Shown: positions 25,101 through 37,396 of the stretch, piece after piece
How positions within the stretch are numbered: position 1 is the first letter of the stretch
How the letters are laid out: each line of letters starts with the position of its first letter
From: Psammoneis japonica
Lineage: Eukaryota
NCBI GenBank assembly: GCA_008632985.1
Contig: QPGO01000056.1
Location: forward strand, 124,001 to 188,000
Direction of reading: 5' to 3'
DNA length: 64,000 nucleotides
The notes under the pieces: generated by a model
Seen by the model: the letters and a program-made list of their open reading frames with translations, nothing else
Database searches by the model: none
What the model was told of the DNA's origin: nothing
Translations under genes and position numbers: made by a program

Positions 25101-25270
25101 GAGCATGACAGAGCCGGTGGGAGACATTTAAGACAGGACATGACAAAAGAGTGCAGCAAAGGGGGGCACACCATCCAGTGTCCAACACAAATCAAATTCA
25201 AAAAATCCCCGCGCATCCGACGGACAGGCAGAGCAGATCGTGGAGGTTGTTTGGTCCATCCGCCACCCGT
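19150..25270. repeat. TpA-depleted repeat island 2
   Basis: About 17 TA dinucleotides in 6 kb by manual count. CpG is also strongly depleted. Confidence 0.9.
20700..24240 (+). mobile_element. Degenerate Ty1/copia (CoDi-like) LTR retrotransposon: gag, protease, integrase; RT/RNase H missing
   Basis: gag fragment QNDKGRALV..H..DAQ. Protease ALVDCGANG. Integrase TDKEFVNMLKDNI...WQSEPHQQHQN. Downstream motif NVMLEWESREITSKPL..IAKDD.ITCA. LTRs not identified. Confidence 0.85.
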
Positions 25271-25386
25271 CACTGTTATGTGGAGCTACGACCACGCTCA
25301 GTATGTTTCTACACAAACACACAACATGTTCCGCAACCGCGTGTGTGTGGCAACACAATAACGCAGTCTTTCTCGTTGCATCGACC

Positions 25387-26504
25387 ATGTCTCGACCTTA
25401 CAATACGCAGCAATCGGGCAACCTTCGCGATGACGGTACCTTTACAGCAGCTGGAAAGGGAGCCGTTTGTATTCCAACAGCAGAAAAGAATGCGCAATTC
25501 AAAAAGCTAAAGTCGCTGCGTGAGAATACTACCTGCTTTGGTACGTAGCGCTGTCATACGTTTCTACAGAAAACAGTCATTGTTGGAGAAAAAATGCTCA
25601 CTTTTTTTCTTTCTCAGATTGCAACAATACCCGCCCGACATGGGCATCCGTAACACATGGTGTCTTTTTGTGTTTGGATTGTTCCGCCACACACCGGTCC
25701 ATGGGTGTGCACTTGACCTTTGTACGGTCGGTCGATTTGGACGAATGGACGCAGCGTCAGATTGATGCCATGAGGCTCGGTGGCAATGGCAATGCCCGCG
25801 AGTATTTTCGAAAGCACGGATTCAAAGACTTGACGGGGGGTAAAATCGATAAAAAGTACAAATCCAAAGCGGCCGTTTCGTATCGAGCGGAATTGCACAA
25901 ACTCGTGGAAGCTGAAGCAGCCAAGCGGGGAGAAGGGACCGAAGTTGTGGATGACAATGCGGCCGGACAATTGTTGGAAAATCTCAATCTCGCGGATCAA
26001 AAAGAGCTCGAGGCAGAAGCACGGGCCAAACTGGCGGCGGCGCGGGGCAGTGGTCCCGCCAAGGTGTTGCAGCCCAATGCAAAATTGGCATCGTCCATGC
26101 CGGGTGCTTCGAAATTAGTCGTGACTCCGCCCTCGAGCGGCGGTGTTCCCTCGAGCTCCATGCTTCGCAAACCGACCGGATCGACGTCTGCCGGATCTCG
26201 TTTGCTCAAAAAGAGGGGATCCAAGTTGCGTAGTAGCAAAATTTCTGTGAAATTGGGCAAGGACGACGATAATGCCGGTTTTGAACAGGATGTGGAAGCT
26301 ACACAAAAGGCAGTCGCCGAGGCTGAAGCCAAAGAGGAGAAAAAAACCGAGACTGTTCCAATTCCAGCAACAAATGGAAGCAAGCCACCCACTCCTCCTA
26401 AACCGGCAGAGGCACCAAAGCCAATAGAAAACAAGGGATCTGCCATGGAACAAAACATGGCCAAGTTGCAAGCCATGAACAGTGATTTCTTTTCTGATAT
26501 GTAG
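25387..26504 (+). CDS. ADP-ribosylation factor GTPase-activating protein (ArfGAP2/3-Glo3 type)
   Basis: Zn finger [32 protein letters not shown], with intron 25541-25617. Confidence 0.92.
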
Positions 26505-26669
26505 TAGAGCTCATTATTGAATACCACGACTTTGAAATAAGTCTAGAGATGACAGTTCGCTTCCGCACTCACGACGAAAATAGCGTACCAACAGCCAACC
26601 ATGCGAAAGCTCACTGTTTATCCATGTCTGTATCCATACGCTCTAGAGCCACCGCCAATTCTTCTTACT

Positions 26670-29600
26670 CTGTGCTGAGTGCGCTTGGTCCATTCATTCC
26701 ATCATGGCGTTCCAGCCAAAACAAAGTGACTCTTCAAATTGGCATCAACAATGAGTTCCACCGTGGCTGAAAACTCTCAAAGAACCTTTTCATGGCCCGA
26801 TGGCGTGCAGAGAGCTCAACCAAGACACCAACGACATGTGTTCTTGTCGATCGGATGCCACGACTGTGAAATTTTCCAACGTTCAGTCAAAAACAGCAAG
26901 TCATTTCGGTTTCTTGGAACTTGTCGCGTGACAGCTCCATGCATCAATGTTGCTTTTGCGGAAAGGCATTGAATTGTGCATTTTTGGGGACAAAGGAAAA
27001 AGGAAAATGTTCTTCCATCTGCACCATCATGGCCTGTCGCAGCTCTCTCCCATGCCCCTTGCCGCATGTGATGCAGTGGGGGGTCAAGTTTCCATTTGTT
27101 TTCACTTGCTACTTTGTTTTTGTTGGATGCTGTGTTTTGGTGACACCATCCCCTTTCAAATGCTCAGTGTGTTGCATCTTCCCTTTTCTTTGATTCATCA
27201 ACCCAGGACATCCGCCAAGTGCCCTGACATGTGAGAAGGGGCAGCACCTCACTGACAGTTGCAAACTGTCTGCTGACTCTCATGTTTGCTTTTTTCCATT
27301 GCTTTTTCCATTTTCAAACAAAAAAGACAAGCAACTTGGCCGGCTCCTTGACGAGCTTGTAGATCCCATCAACCATGACTGTCTGTTGGCCTCCCTTCAT
27401 GGCATCCAAAGCATTGTGGACAACCATCACTGTGCTGGTCTCTTTGGCCTCCATGTGACTTTCACAGGAAACAATGCTCCCCTTGATGCCATTGAATGCC
27501 TCTTTCTGCTCCCTGCTGTTCAATGGAGGTGGGTGATGTTGCTCATCATGAAGCACATTGAGAAACTTTGAGCTCCATCTCGTGCAGATGTGTCAACCAG
27601 GGTGCAGGCCAGACATGTCATCCCCCAGTGGTGGCAGCAATGAAAACACCCATGGAAGGGCCAGAGGGGATGTGTCTGACACTGCTGTTGTTGATGATGG
27701 CACCAGCATGGCTTCAACTGAGGCTTCATCTCAATCTTGATGGAGATGCAGTGTGATGCACCAGAGTGCAATTCCCAGAGTGAGTGCTCAAATCATTCCT
27801 TCCAAGCATTTGGCGGGCTGCAGAAGCTCCATTGACTGCAACTGTCAGAACACCAAGACTCCAATTTGAAAATGAGTTGCCAATCTAGAACAAAGTTTGA
27901 GCAACTCTGAAGTGCCTGCACCCAAAATTCTGCATCTGTGATTTTCTCAAACCCAGTTGTTGTTGCACTCTCTTTCTCTCTTGAAGATTTGTCAGTTTGC
28001 AACACAGTGCAAACAAAACTGAGCATTGCACTTGCTCTGGCACACTGTGCAAGAGCCAACAGAGTCCCAAACATGGCTCACTGTGGCCGCTGCATCTCTG
28101 GAGACCTTTCTTCTGCTGTTGTCTGCTTTGAGTTGTCGCAGTGAGTGAAATGGCTTTGACATCCCTTCATGGGAAAGCGCACTGCCTGCTGAAAGTCCAG
28201 GCAGGGATGACACCATGAATGGCTCTTGCAAGTGACAAGATGGTGCCAGAGATCCATCAGATGAAGAAGCCAGGGGATTGGCAAGTGGGGGCTGCAGCAG
28301 TCCATTTGGAGGGAGACAGCATCCCATCACATGGCAGAATCAACCCAACAGAATTTAATCACTTGTGGATGCTTTGAGTGCCAAAGAATCCTGAATCTGA
28401 ATGAGCCCAACTTGGGATTTTCTTTTTAGGGCAGCAGTTGGAAGTTGGGGCCACACACTTTGTGTTGTCATTGCACAACTTCAGACAACATCTCTCACAT
28501 TCATTTCTTCCTTGGGGGCTTCCTTTGGGTTTTCAACAAAATCTTCCTCCTCCCTGCCAAAATCCACATTTGCAAAACAACAACAATTGAACATGTGCTC
28601 TTCATTTTTCACAACAGCCAAGTCTTGTTTGGAGCAAACCAGGGCTCCTTGTTCTTTCAAGTGTGACAGCAATGGTGGGGTGTCTCTTTTGCCAAACCAG
28701 ACTGAACTTTTTTCTCCATGGATGAGAGCAGTGCAAAGAATTCAAGCTCCATCCTGCCACAGCAGAATGGATCAAAGAGTTTGTGCATGAAAGCAATCTG
28801 AGCTTCACTTTTGGACCCTGCCACACTCAGTGTGTGGCAACCACATGGCCAACATGGGTGTGGTCTGCCAGTTCCTTGATGAGAAGGCACACCTGGAGCA
28901 ATCGCCAAAGCTCAGGCAGGCCACAGCAATGCAGTTTAAGCTGATTTGCATTCTTGAGTGTGGATCTGCCAGGTTGTCCTTTGAGACTACATTGTTGTGT
29001 TTGATGAAGCAATGAAGCCAAGGCCGCCATTGTGTCATTTTGTGGAGTTCTTTCAGCAGTGAAAAAAGCAACAAGGTGCTGACTCAACAGTTGATTCAGG
29101 GCAACTGCTGAATGCAAGCTCTGCCTGATGTCTTCCTGCTGTGCAGTGGGCTGGGTGGCAGAGCTGGAGAGAGAGCTCACACCACATGCAGATTGAGAAA
29201 AGATGCACTCCACCAGCTCCAGGTGGGACCTCCTCACACTGCTGCATGGTGGTGTGAGAGTTTTTTGGTCATGCACCACCACATGTTGTGTGTGAGCAAC
29301 ATTTCCCATGGCTTTTCATTTTTTCTTTGTTTGTGAGAGCAAAAATGGGCTGGACATTTTCTTTGACATCTGAAGAAAGCATCTCAGCCAACCAGAAATG
29401 GCGCGCATCAAGTGTGGAGGAGCCCACACATTTGCCAATCTGTTGGCAATCATCTGCGATGTGTTTGTGGCCTGACAATTTTGCTGCGGAGCTCACACAC
29501 AGAGTTCTGCTGGCCAAGCATCACATGCAACCCCACCCAGCAGGGGAGCTGGAGTGTGCCAAGACCTGGATTGTGCAATGACTCAGCCAAGCCAGGATCA

Positions 29601-29960
29601 AGACCAATGTCGCCAGCAAACGAGAGTGCGCCATCATCATTGGTGAGACAACAACAAGCACCACAAAATTGTCAATTTTAGCATTGTCAATGACACACAG
29701 TGCTTTGTTGCAATGAGGCACAAAGATGACTTGAGAGACCGCAAAGAACAGCCAAGTTGGTGCAGCGCACCTCTGACTGCAAATCTTCTCAGTTGCGGCC
29801 ACTGACACGAGCTGGGAGATGACAAAATGTGGGGGGTCTGGTGTCTGGTTGAAGAAGTGGTGTGAGCCACATGATGCATGGGAGGTTCAGAATGCACATG
29901 CACAGCAGCTGACAAAGCAGGACAGCAACAGACAACGAATCCCCTCGTGGGTCCTGCGCA
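26670..29960. repeat. TpA-depleted repeat island 3 (unclassified degenerate element)
   Basis: TA loss throughout. 28460-28720 is homologous to 34530-34800. Confidence 0.8.
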
Positions 29961-30154
29961 CAAAAACACTGTAGTTGCGGTGGACGATGGGCCCCACAGC
30001 ACAACGGTGCGTTTGTTTCGCCGGCGATTGAGCGCGACAGAAAAAACTCATAACCTTCCACGTCCGACCGCCGTCCGATCTTCCACGGCTTTCCGCGCTG
30101 GCCGCTGGCCGCTGGTCACGGTAAGAAACAAAGCGAGCAGGAGGTGCAACACAG

Positions 30155-33100
30155 ATGAACGCCATGGCTGCGGTGGAAATTGAAACCAGTCCCTCCGATA
30201 AGAGGTTATACAAGTCCCTCGTGTTAAAGAATGGTCTTGAATGCCTCTTAATCCATGACGAGTCCTCAGAAAAGGCCAGTGCGGCGATGGACGTGAGGGT
30301 CGGCCACCTGTTGGATCCGATTCCTGGACTGGCTCACTTTCTGGAGCACATGCTATTCCTAGGTACTGAAAAATACCCTGATGAAAACGCTTATAATGTG
30401 TATTTGAGTCAACACGGTGGCGCTTCCAATGCGTTCACCGATATGGAATCTACAAATTACTTTTTCGATGTTGCTGCTGATAAATTTGAAGGAGCGCTCG
30501 ATCGATTCGCTCAGTTCTTCATCTCTCCTCTTTTCACCGAGTCGGCGACCGAAAGGGAAATTCAAGCGGTCGATTCAGAACACGCCAAGAACTTACAGAG
30601 TGATATGTGGAGATCCTTCCAGCTGACAAAGACGCTCTGTCGTGAAGAGCACCCTTTTTCAAAGTTCGGGTCCGGCAATATCGAATCACTCAAAGTTGAC
30701 GGCATTCGTGATGCGTTGATTGAGTTTCACGCAAAACACTACTCCGCCAATCTCATGAAACTGGTGGTTTTGGGGAGTGATTCATTAGAAACACTGGGGG
30801 AGTGGGTGACTTTGTATTTTTCTGAGATTCCGAATCAAGATCTTCCCGTGCCTCAGTTTCCTGGCGAGCCATTCACGAGGAACGAATTGGGCAAGATTGT
30901 CAAGTTGATACCAGTAAACGAGCAACGAACAGTTGAGATGCACTTTCCACTCCGGGAGATTGATTCACTCTACAAATCAAAGCCCACTCGGTACCTTAGT
31001 CATCTCCTTGGTCACGAAAGCGAGGGCTCTGTTCTGGCCCTGTTGAAGCGGCTTGGTTGGGCCAATGAATTATCTGCAGGCGAGTCTCGTTCCTGCAGCG
31101 ACTGGGCTTCCTTCTCTGTTAACATTGATCTAACGGAAGAGGGCTTTGAAAGGTATGAGGATGTGGTTTATGTCGTATTCTCTTACCTTCAAATGTTGAA
31201 AAAAGTTGGTCCTCAGCAATGGATACACGAGGAAACTGCCACTGTCGCGGACTGTTCGTTTCGGTTCTTGTCCAAGCGCAATCCAATGGATTACACTTCA
31301 TCTTTGGCCGGTCGCATGCAAATATATCCAATAGAGCATGTCCTGTCTGGTCCTTTTCGCTTCTACCAGTACGAGCCTCAACTGGTGACAGATATTTTGG
31401 AAAAGATGATTCCATCGAACATGTTGCTAATGGTGATCAGCAAGAAGTATGAAGGAAAAACTACGGAGCAAGAGAAGTGGTATGGTACTGACTATTCCAT
31501 CCAAGACATCAACCCTGACCTTTTGAATAGATGGACCTTACTAGATTCGCCTCAAGACCAAGAGGGTGCGGATTGGATGATGGAGGATGGACGATGCTTG
31601 CTTCAGTTGCCAGAAAGAAACGACATGATCGCGACAGACTTCAGCATTGTGCACCTTCCTGAGGCAGACTTTCCCAAAGACGAGCCCCGCCTACTGTTGG
31701 ACGAATCCAATTGTCGACTTTGGTACAAGCCTGATAACGTTTTCGACATGCCAAAAGTAAACATTATGTCCATTTTGAGAACAAGATCCGTGTACGACTC
31801 GCCAGAAGCTTCCGTAATGACGTCAATGTGGGTTCAGTTGCTTCAAGAACACGCTAATGAGTTCACCTATTTGGCTAGTATGGCAGGATTGCACTGCGAG
31901 TTTTCCGATGCTAAGACCGGTGTGGAAATTCATATTTCAGGGTACAATCACAAAGCGTCGGTCCTGGTCGACCGAATCGTCAAATGCATCATGGAGCTTC
32001 CGGAAACAATATCCCCTGAATTGTTCAATCGCATCAAAGATAAGGTCCAGAAAGAATACGAGAATTTCATGGTAGCTCAGCCTTACCAGCATGCTTTCTA
32101 CGTTGCGGAACTTGTTCTGGAACAAGACAAATGGACTGTGGAGGAAAGACTCACGGCGTTGTTCAGTATCACGCGTGATAGGATGGAAGAGTTCTCCCGT
32201 CGTATTTTGTCTCGTTTTCATTTAGAGACATTGGTGCATGGGAATGTTTCTCCAACGCTTGCTAAGGATCTGGCACTCGCTTTGTTGCATGGGCTGAAGC
32301 CAAACGTTGCTTTTGCTTCGTGTTTGCCACAGCGACGGGTGGTTCAACTGGAGGCTTCTTGTGACCACGTTCACAGGTTCAAGGAATACAATGAAGATAA
32401 CACCAATAGCTGTTTGGAGGTTGTGTATCAGATGGGACCAATGGACCTGGCTACGAATGCGGCATTGTCTTTTCTTCACCATCTCCTGCGGGAACCCGGT
32501 ATGTAACTAGCTTCTGGTGCACTTGCTTAAAGCGTCTCATTCTCATTATCTTGTGGTTCATCCACTCCGTTCCTCCATCAAAGCCTTCAACGAACTTCGA
32601 ACCGAAGAGCAGTTGGGCTACATTGTGCACACTGCAGTCAAAACTAGCGGGGATAATATCAAGGGATTGCTCATTTTGATACAGAGTGACTCATTCGATC
32701 CAATTCATTTGGATGATCGGGTGGAAGCGTTTTTGGATCGCTTCCGATCCAAGCTCGTCAACATGAGCCCAGACGAGTTCCAGTCGAACATTGATGCAGT
32801 TGTGAAAAGTTTTCTCGAAAAGGTGAGTTTCATGACAGTATCAACGAGGAAGATCTTGTTTACGTTCGACCTCCTTACAATAGATTTTCATTCCTTAATC
32901 TATTTCAACAGAATAAAAACCTTGGTGAAGAAAGTACCAAATATTGGAATGTCGTCACGAACCGCTCGTATATTTTCAAGAAGTACCAACTCATTGGGGA
33001 GCACGTCGGCAAACTCTCCAAGGATATAATGCTTCGTTTTTTCGACAGATTCGTTGGACGTGGCGGGGTATGTCGTCAGAAGCTCTCAGTTCAAGTTTTT

Positions 33101-33244
33101 GCCAAGGCACACGTTGAAGAAATGGACAAGGCGTTGCCTTCCGAGCAAAAACTTATTACTGACGTTGTGGAGTTCAAACGGACTGCGCCCCTTTTTCCTC
33201 TACCCGAAAACGTCGATGTGGAGCATTTCAAACATCACGAGTAA
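30155..33244 (+). CDS. IDE: Insulin-degrading enzyme (peptidase M16A)
   Basis: Inverzincin motif HFLEH, plus REIQAVDSEH and ELRTEEQLGYIV. Introns at about 32499-32582 and 32823-32911. Confidence 0.93.
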
Positions 33245-33699
33245 AAGTGTTGTTGGTCAATTCAATTGTGCTGTGTTTACTTTATTCTAGACTGATCGTC
33301 AAGTTGCAATTCCCAGGGTGTGGGAGCGTGTGCCTGTGACAAAAATATTTCAACTCGCGACTAGAGGGTAAAGGCCACCGGTGCAGTGAAGGAGGCCGCC
33401 GCATTGTAACTGTAGTGCTGCTTGAAGTAGCTAGAGTAGCGGCTAGAGTAGTAGAGGAGCTCCCGCTCACGACGACACTCCCCGACCCAGAGTCAGCACG
33501 GCTACCGAGCCCCCGATACCGCATCAGACCGCTACGTGTCACTCTCAAGACGCGTCACGGGGTGGGACCGAGACAAAATACTACCGTACACTTTTGGAAA
33601 CTCAGCTACTATGTCACGTCCTTTGTTCCATGCCACTAAGATATCTGTGTTTATCCGAATGCACCTGTTCAAATCCATTTTCAGTTGTACCTAAAGTGC

Positions 33700-35320
33700 T
33701 GCAATGGCAGCACAGGCCCACATCTGCATGCTGACAGTGAGACGCGCCTCTCCAGAGTCGAAAAGGTTGAAAGTTGGGCTGTGCCGCATTCGGATTGGAA
33801 GAACGAGAAAGAGCTGTGTGCTGAGTTGTCACGTCATGTGTGCTGAGACGACGACGTCGCACGGTGTTTTACTCAACAGAATGAGGAATGCACACACACA
33901 AATGGCACAGCGCTGTCACTGCATCTGAATTGCATCATCTGTCCATGCCATGCTGAGAAAAAGACAGAGTCTGTCCCACAAAGGACTGACAATCCTGTCC
34001 AACTCCATTCTCAATCTCTCATCACATGTCTTTACACTGTGGGCATGGGCGTTTGGCTCATTTTGGGTGCATCAATGGCAGACTGAATGGGTGATTGAGC
34101 ATCGCTGTGGCATGGGCGGCTTCCATGCGGCTTGACATTTCTGTGAATTCAACAACATCTCCAAACAAAATCAGCACTGTCACAAAAAGGTCTGAAATGT
34201 GATGGGGGTCTTTTTGAAGGGGTGTTGCAACACCTCTTCTGCAAGAGATTCATCAGAAGCTCCTCAGCGGCGCACTTCTGGACAGCCATCCTGCTGCTTC
34301 CTTTTCTTTAGCAACATCTTGGAGAAAGGCAACCAAAGGAGTCAAATGCTTTTCTGACAGCTTCTTGATCCCAACAATGCAGGGGAGCTCTGTCGAGCTT
34401 TTTGAAGCACACTGAAATGAGGCAGGTGCGCTCCTCAGCATTTCAGATGTTGATGGGGAGACAGTGGCTGCTGCTTGACAATGAACAATGCACAGTCAAA
34501 GGCTGGAGGATGCCAAAGCTGTGCATTCATGCTGTCATCATGCAACTTCAGACAATGCCTGCCTTGCTCATTTCTTTCTCAGGAGGTTCCTTTTGGGTTT
34601 GACAAACATCTTCATCCTCCCTGCCAAAATCCACTTTGCCAAACAGCAGCTGTCAATGTGCCCGCTGAGTGTTGCACAGTGGTGGCCAAGTCTGGTTTGG
34701 CACAAACTGGCTTTTTTTCTTTCACATGTGGCAGCAACAGTTGTTGTGTGACTTTGGCCCAACCAGACTCAAGTTTTCCTCCACAGGATGAGACAAAGAA
34801 CTCCCCCACAGCCATCCACTGTGAAGTTCATTCTCCAGCTGGATGCCAGGACATTGTTGCACACAAGAGAGATGGGTGCAGCGCGGCATACAAAGGACAA
34901 TGTTGGATGACTGGGGGGCAAGGATCTTGCTCATTTCTCACCAGGGCAACAAAACCAGTGTGACGCTGGAGAGAGTTTCTTTTTGTGGGCAGTGTGAAGA
35001 GAGTTGTCTGACACCAGGTGGGGCATCTGCTGTCATCAAGTGAGTCTCCCAACTCTGCAGCATGCCATTTCAGCCAGATGGGCACACTTCATTGAGGGCA
35101 CCAAGCCAGTTTGGCAAAGATCAGCCCACCTCAAATCCCTTGCGCTCGTCACATCTGAGTCTTGCTGGCTGTGATCATCATGTTGAAGCTCCTGCAAGCT
35201 TCAGAGTCATCATCATTCTTCTTTCCCAGCTTTCTGATTGGACGCCGTCATCCTTTTGTGACTCGTCATTTGTTGCTCTTTGTTGTGGTTTTCCACTCTT
35301 CTTCTTCTTCTTCTGGTTTG
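33700..35320. repeat. TpA-depleted repeat island 4 (same family as part of island 3)
   Basis: TA loss, and shared sequence such as caacttcagacaa and ctccctgccaaaatccac with 28460-28720. Confidence 0.8.
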
Positions 35321-35488
35321 TAAAGCAGTGCATCATCTTTGATCTTTGCATCTTCGTACGTCGCACGGACTCCGCATGCTGCCTAAAGCGCAAGCGCGCG
35401 ATTTTCGCGCAGAGGCTTCGCGGTGCGGATTTTCGTTCTCTTTTTCTCACAACACTTTTTGTCGACGACAACAACAACAGGCAACATC

Positions 35489-37152
35489 ATGACGACGACA
35501 ATTTCAAGGCTTCGACTGGTGGCGATAAACGATGTATACGAGCTCAAGAACTTACCAAAACTCCAGACCTTTCTTTCAAAACTAAAGCCAGCTCCGAGTG
35601 CCGTCTTGCTTGCGGGCGATTGCCTCTCTCCGTCGACCTTATCTTCGATTGACGGTGGCCGTGGCATGGTGGATTCGTTGCGAGCGAGCGGTGTTTCTCA
35701 CATGTGTTTTGGAAACCACGAAGCCGATCTACCACTGTCGACATTGAAGGATCGTGTGTCGGAACTCTCTAAATCCATAACGCTTGTCAATACAAACATG
35801 CGCAATCCTCCTCATCCAAGCGCGTTGTGGCTCACGTCACCGTTGACTCCACCGTATTCCATCGTTACGAGTCCTTGTGAAACGATAAAAGTAGCCTTTT
35901 TGGGTTTGATTAGTGACGAGGAAAGCACCTTTCGAGATGGAACATTCAAGGGAGTTCCCGTCGACAATGTGTTGTCGAGCTTTTCGAATTCTTTCAAAGA
36001 TCTCGTTCCAAATCTCGCTCATTATGTCATTCCCATTACGCACCAGTCCATGGCTCGAGACCGCGATTTGGCACGTCACATGCTCGAGGTGGAACAGATA
36101 GAACGTGGACTTGTTATTGGTGGACACGAGCACGATCCGTTTGACGAAAGCCTGGAGCATCCGAGCAAGCCAGATCGTTTTGTACGAATACTGAAATCGG
36201 GTTGTAATGCCAGAAACGCCTCGCTTGTCGACCTTGATTTTGATGTGTCGGTGGATCCACCGCAACTAGTGGAACTTTCAGCATCGCTTGTAGACTTGAC
36301 AAAGTACGAGGACTCGGTTGTGGTGAAAAAGATTGTAGAAAAGCACATGGCTGTCATTAAGAATATGGAAAACGAAATCATTATCGACGACACAATGGTA
36401 CCGCCGGGTGTCGTTTTGAGCTCGGAAGATCGAGATACAACCAAACAACAGTCGGTTCCTTTATTTGTCAAGCCATTAAGGAAGAATTGGAGGTGGATGT
36501 TGCAATTATCAACGGTGCGTCCATTGCCGGTGACACAATCTACGTGGACAACAAATTGAGTTATGCCCAATTGAAAAATGAACTTCCGTTTCCCACCAAG
36601 ATTGTCGTTGTTTCCATGACACGAGGAGACTTGCAGAATGCCATTTATCACTCCCGGACAGACACAGAAGAGCAGTACAAGGATTTACCAGCAGATGAAG
36701 TCCCCCGAAAAGGGTATTTGCAGACAGACTTTGGCTGGGACGATGTGATTGGCGATCAAAACGATGAACTTCTTGTTGCTCTACCACGCAACCTTATGCG
36801 TGGATTTTGCAACAACAAACCCCTCATGGAGGTGGGTGAACGACTCGGTGACAAATTCCCAAGCGAGGATGACTACATTCCTGCTGTGGATTTGGTGACA
36901 CGGTATTGCTGCAAAAACAAATGGGCAAGCATTGTAGAAGACAATTTTTCCTTTGATGAGTTTGACCTGAACCACGACGGCAATCTCGACAAGGATGAGG
37001 TCAAAACGGTATTGAAGAGAATTCTAGGGCATGAGCCACCCGATTTTGTTGTGGAAGACATGATCAAGAGTATAGATGAAGATGAAAACGGAGTGGTCGA
37101 TCGGGGAGAGCTGGCTCATGTGCTTGCCAAGATGGAGAGAGACTCGTGGTGA
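35489..37152 (+). CDS. 5'-nucleotidase/metallophosphoesterase with C-terminal EF-hand pair; 1-nt frameshift near 36428
   Basis: Motifs INDVY, AGD.LSPS, GNHE, THQ and GGHEH. EF-hand loops DLNHDGNLDKDE and DEDENGVVDRGE. The alternate frame gives RSRYNQTTVGSFIC. Confidence 0.85.
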
Positions 37153-37396
37153 ATTGTTGAAGAACGATCTTTAGTTTTGAGCAGCCATATACTGTAGGGT
37201 AGAGGCTCCTCTGAGGACGCGATTGTACCGTGTAATAATATCAGAATTTTGAATTTTGCTTCGTCTCATTTTCAGTAACCGGAATACTAGCTGACGGTTA
37301 AAACTTTGCTTTTTCTTAGCTCTCGTGTTTTATGACATTCGTAATTCACCCTACATTCAATGGTATCAATGGTTTTCTCTGGTCTGTGATAACGGA

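Noticed and set aside
19150..25270. Classical fungal RIP or CpG decay alone as the explanation
   Set aside because: Both are C-to-T processes. RIP increases TpA, and CpG decay does not remove it.
4938..29900. Dense overlapping Cys/His-rich ORFs in all six frames within the islands, as novel genes
   Set aside because: They are a by-product of TA loss: TAA and TAG stops are erased and Tyr becomes Cys or His. The recognisable parts are frameshifted TE relics.
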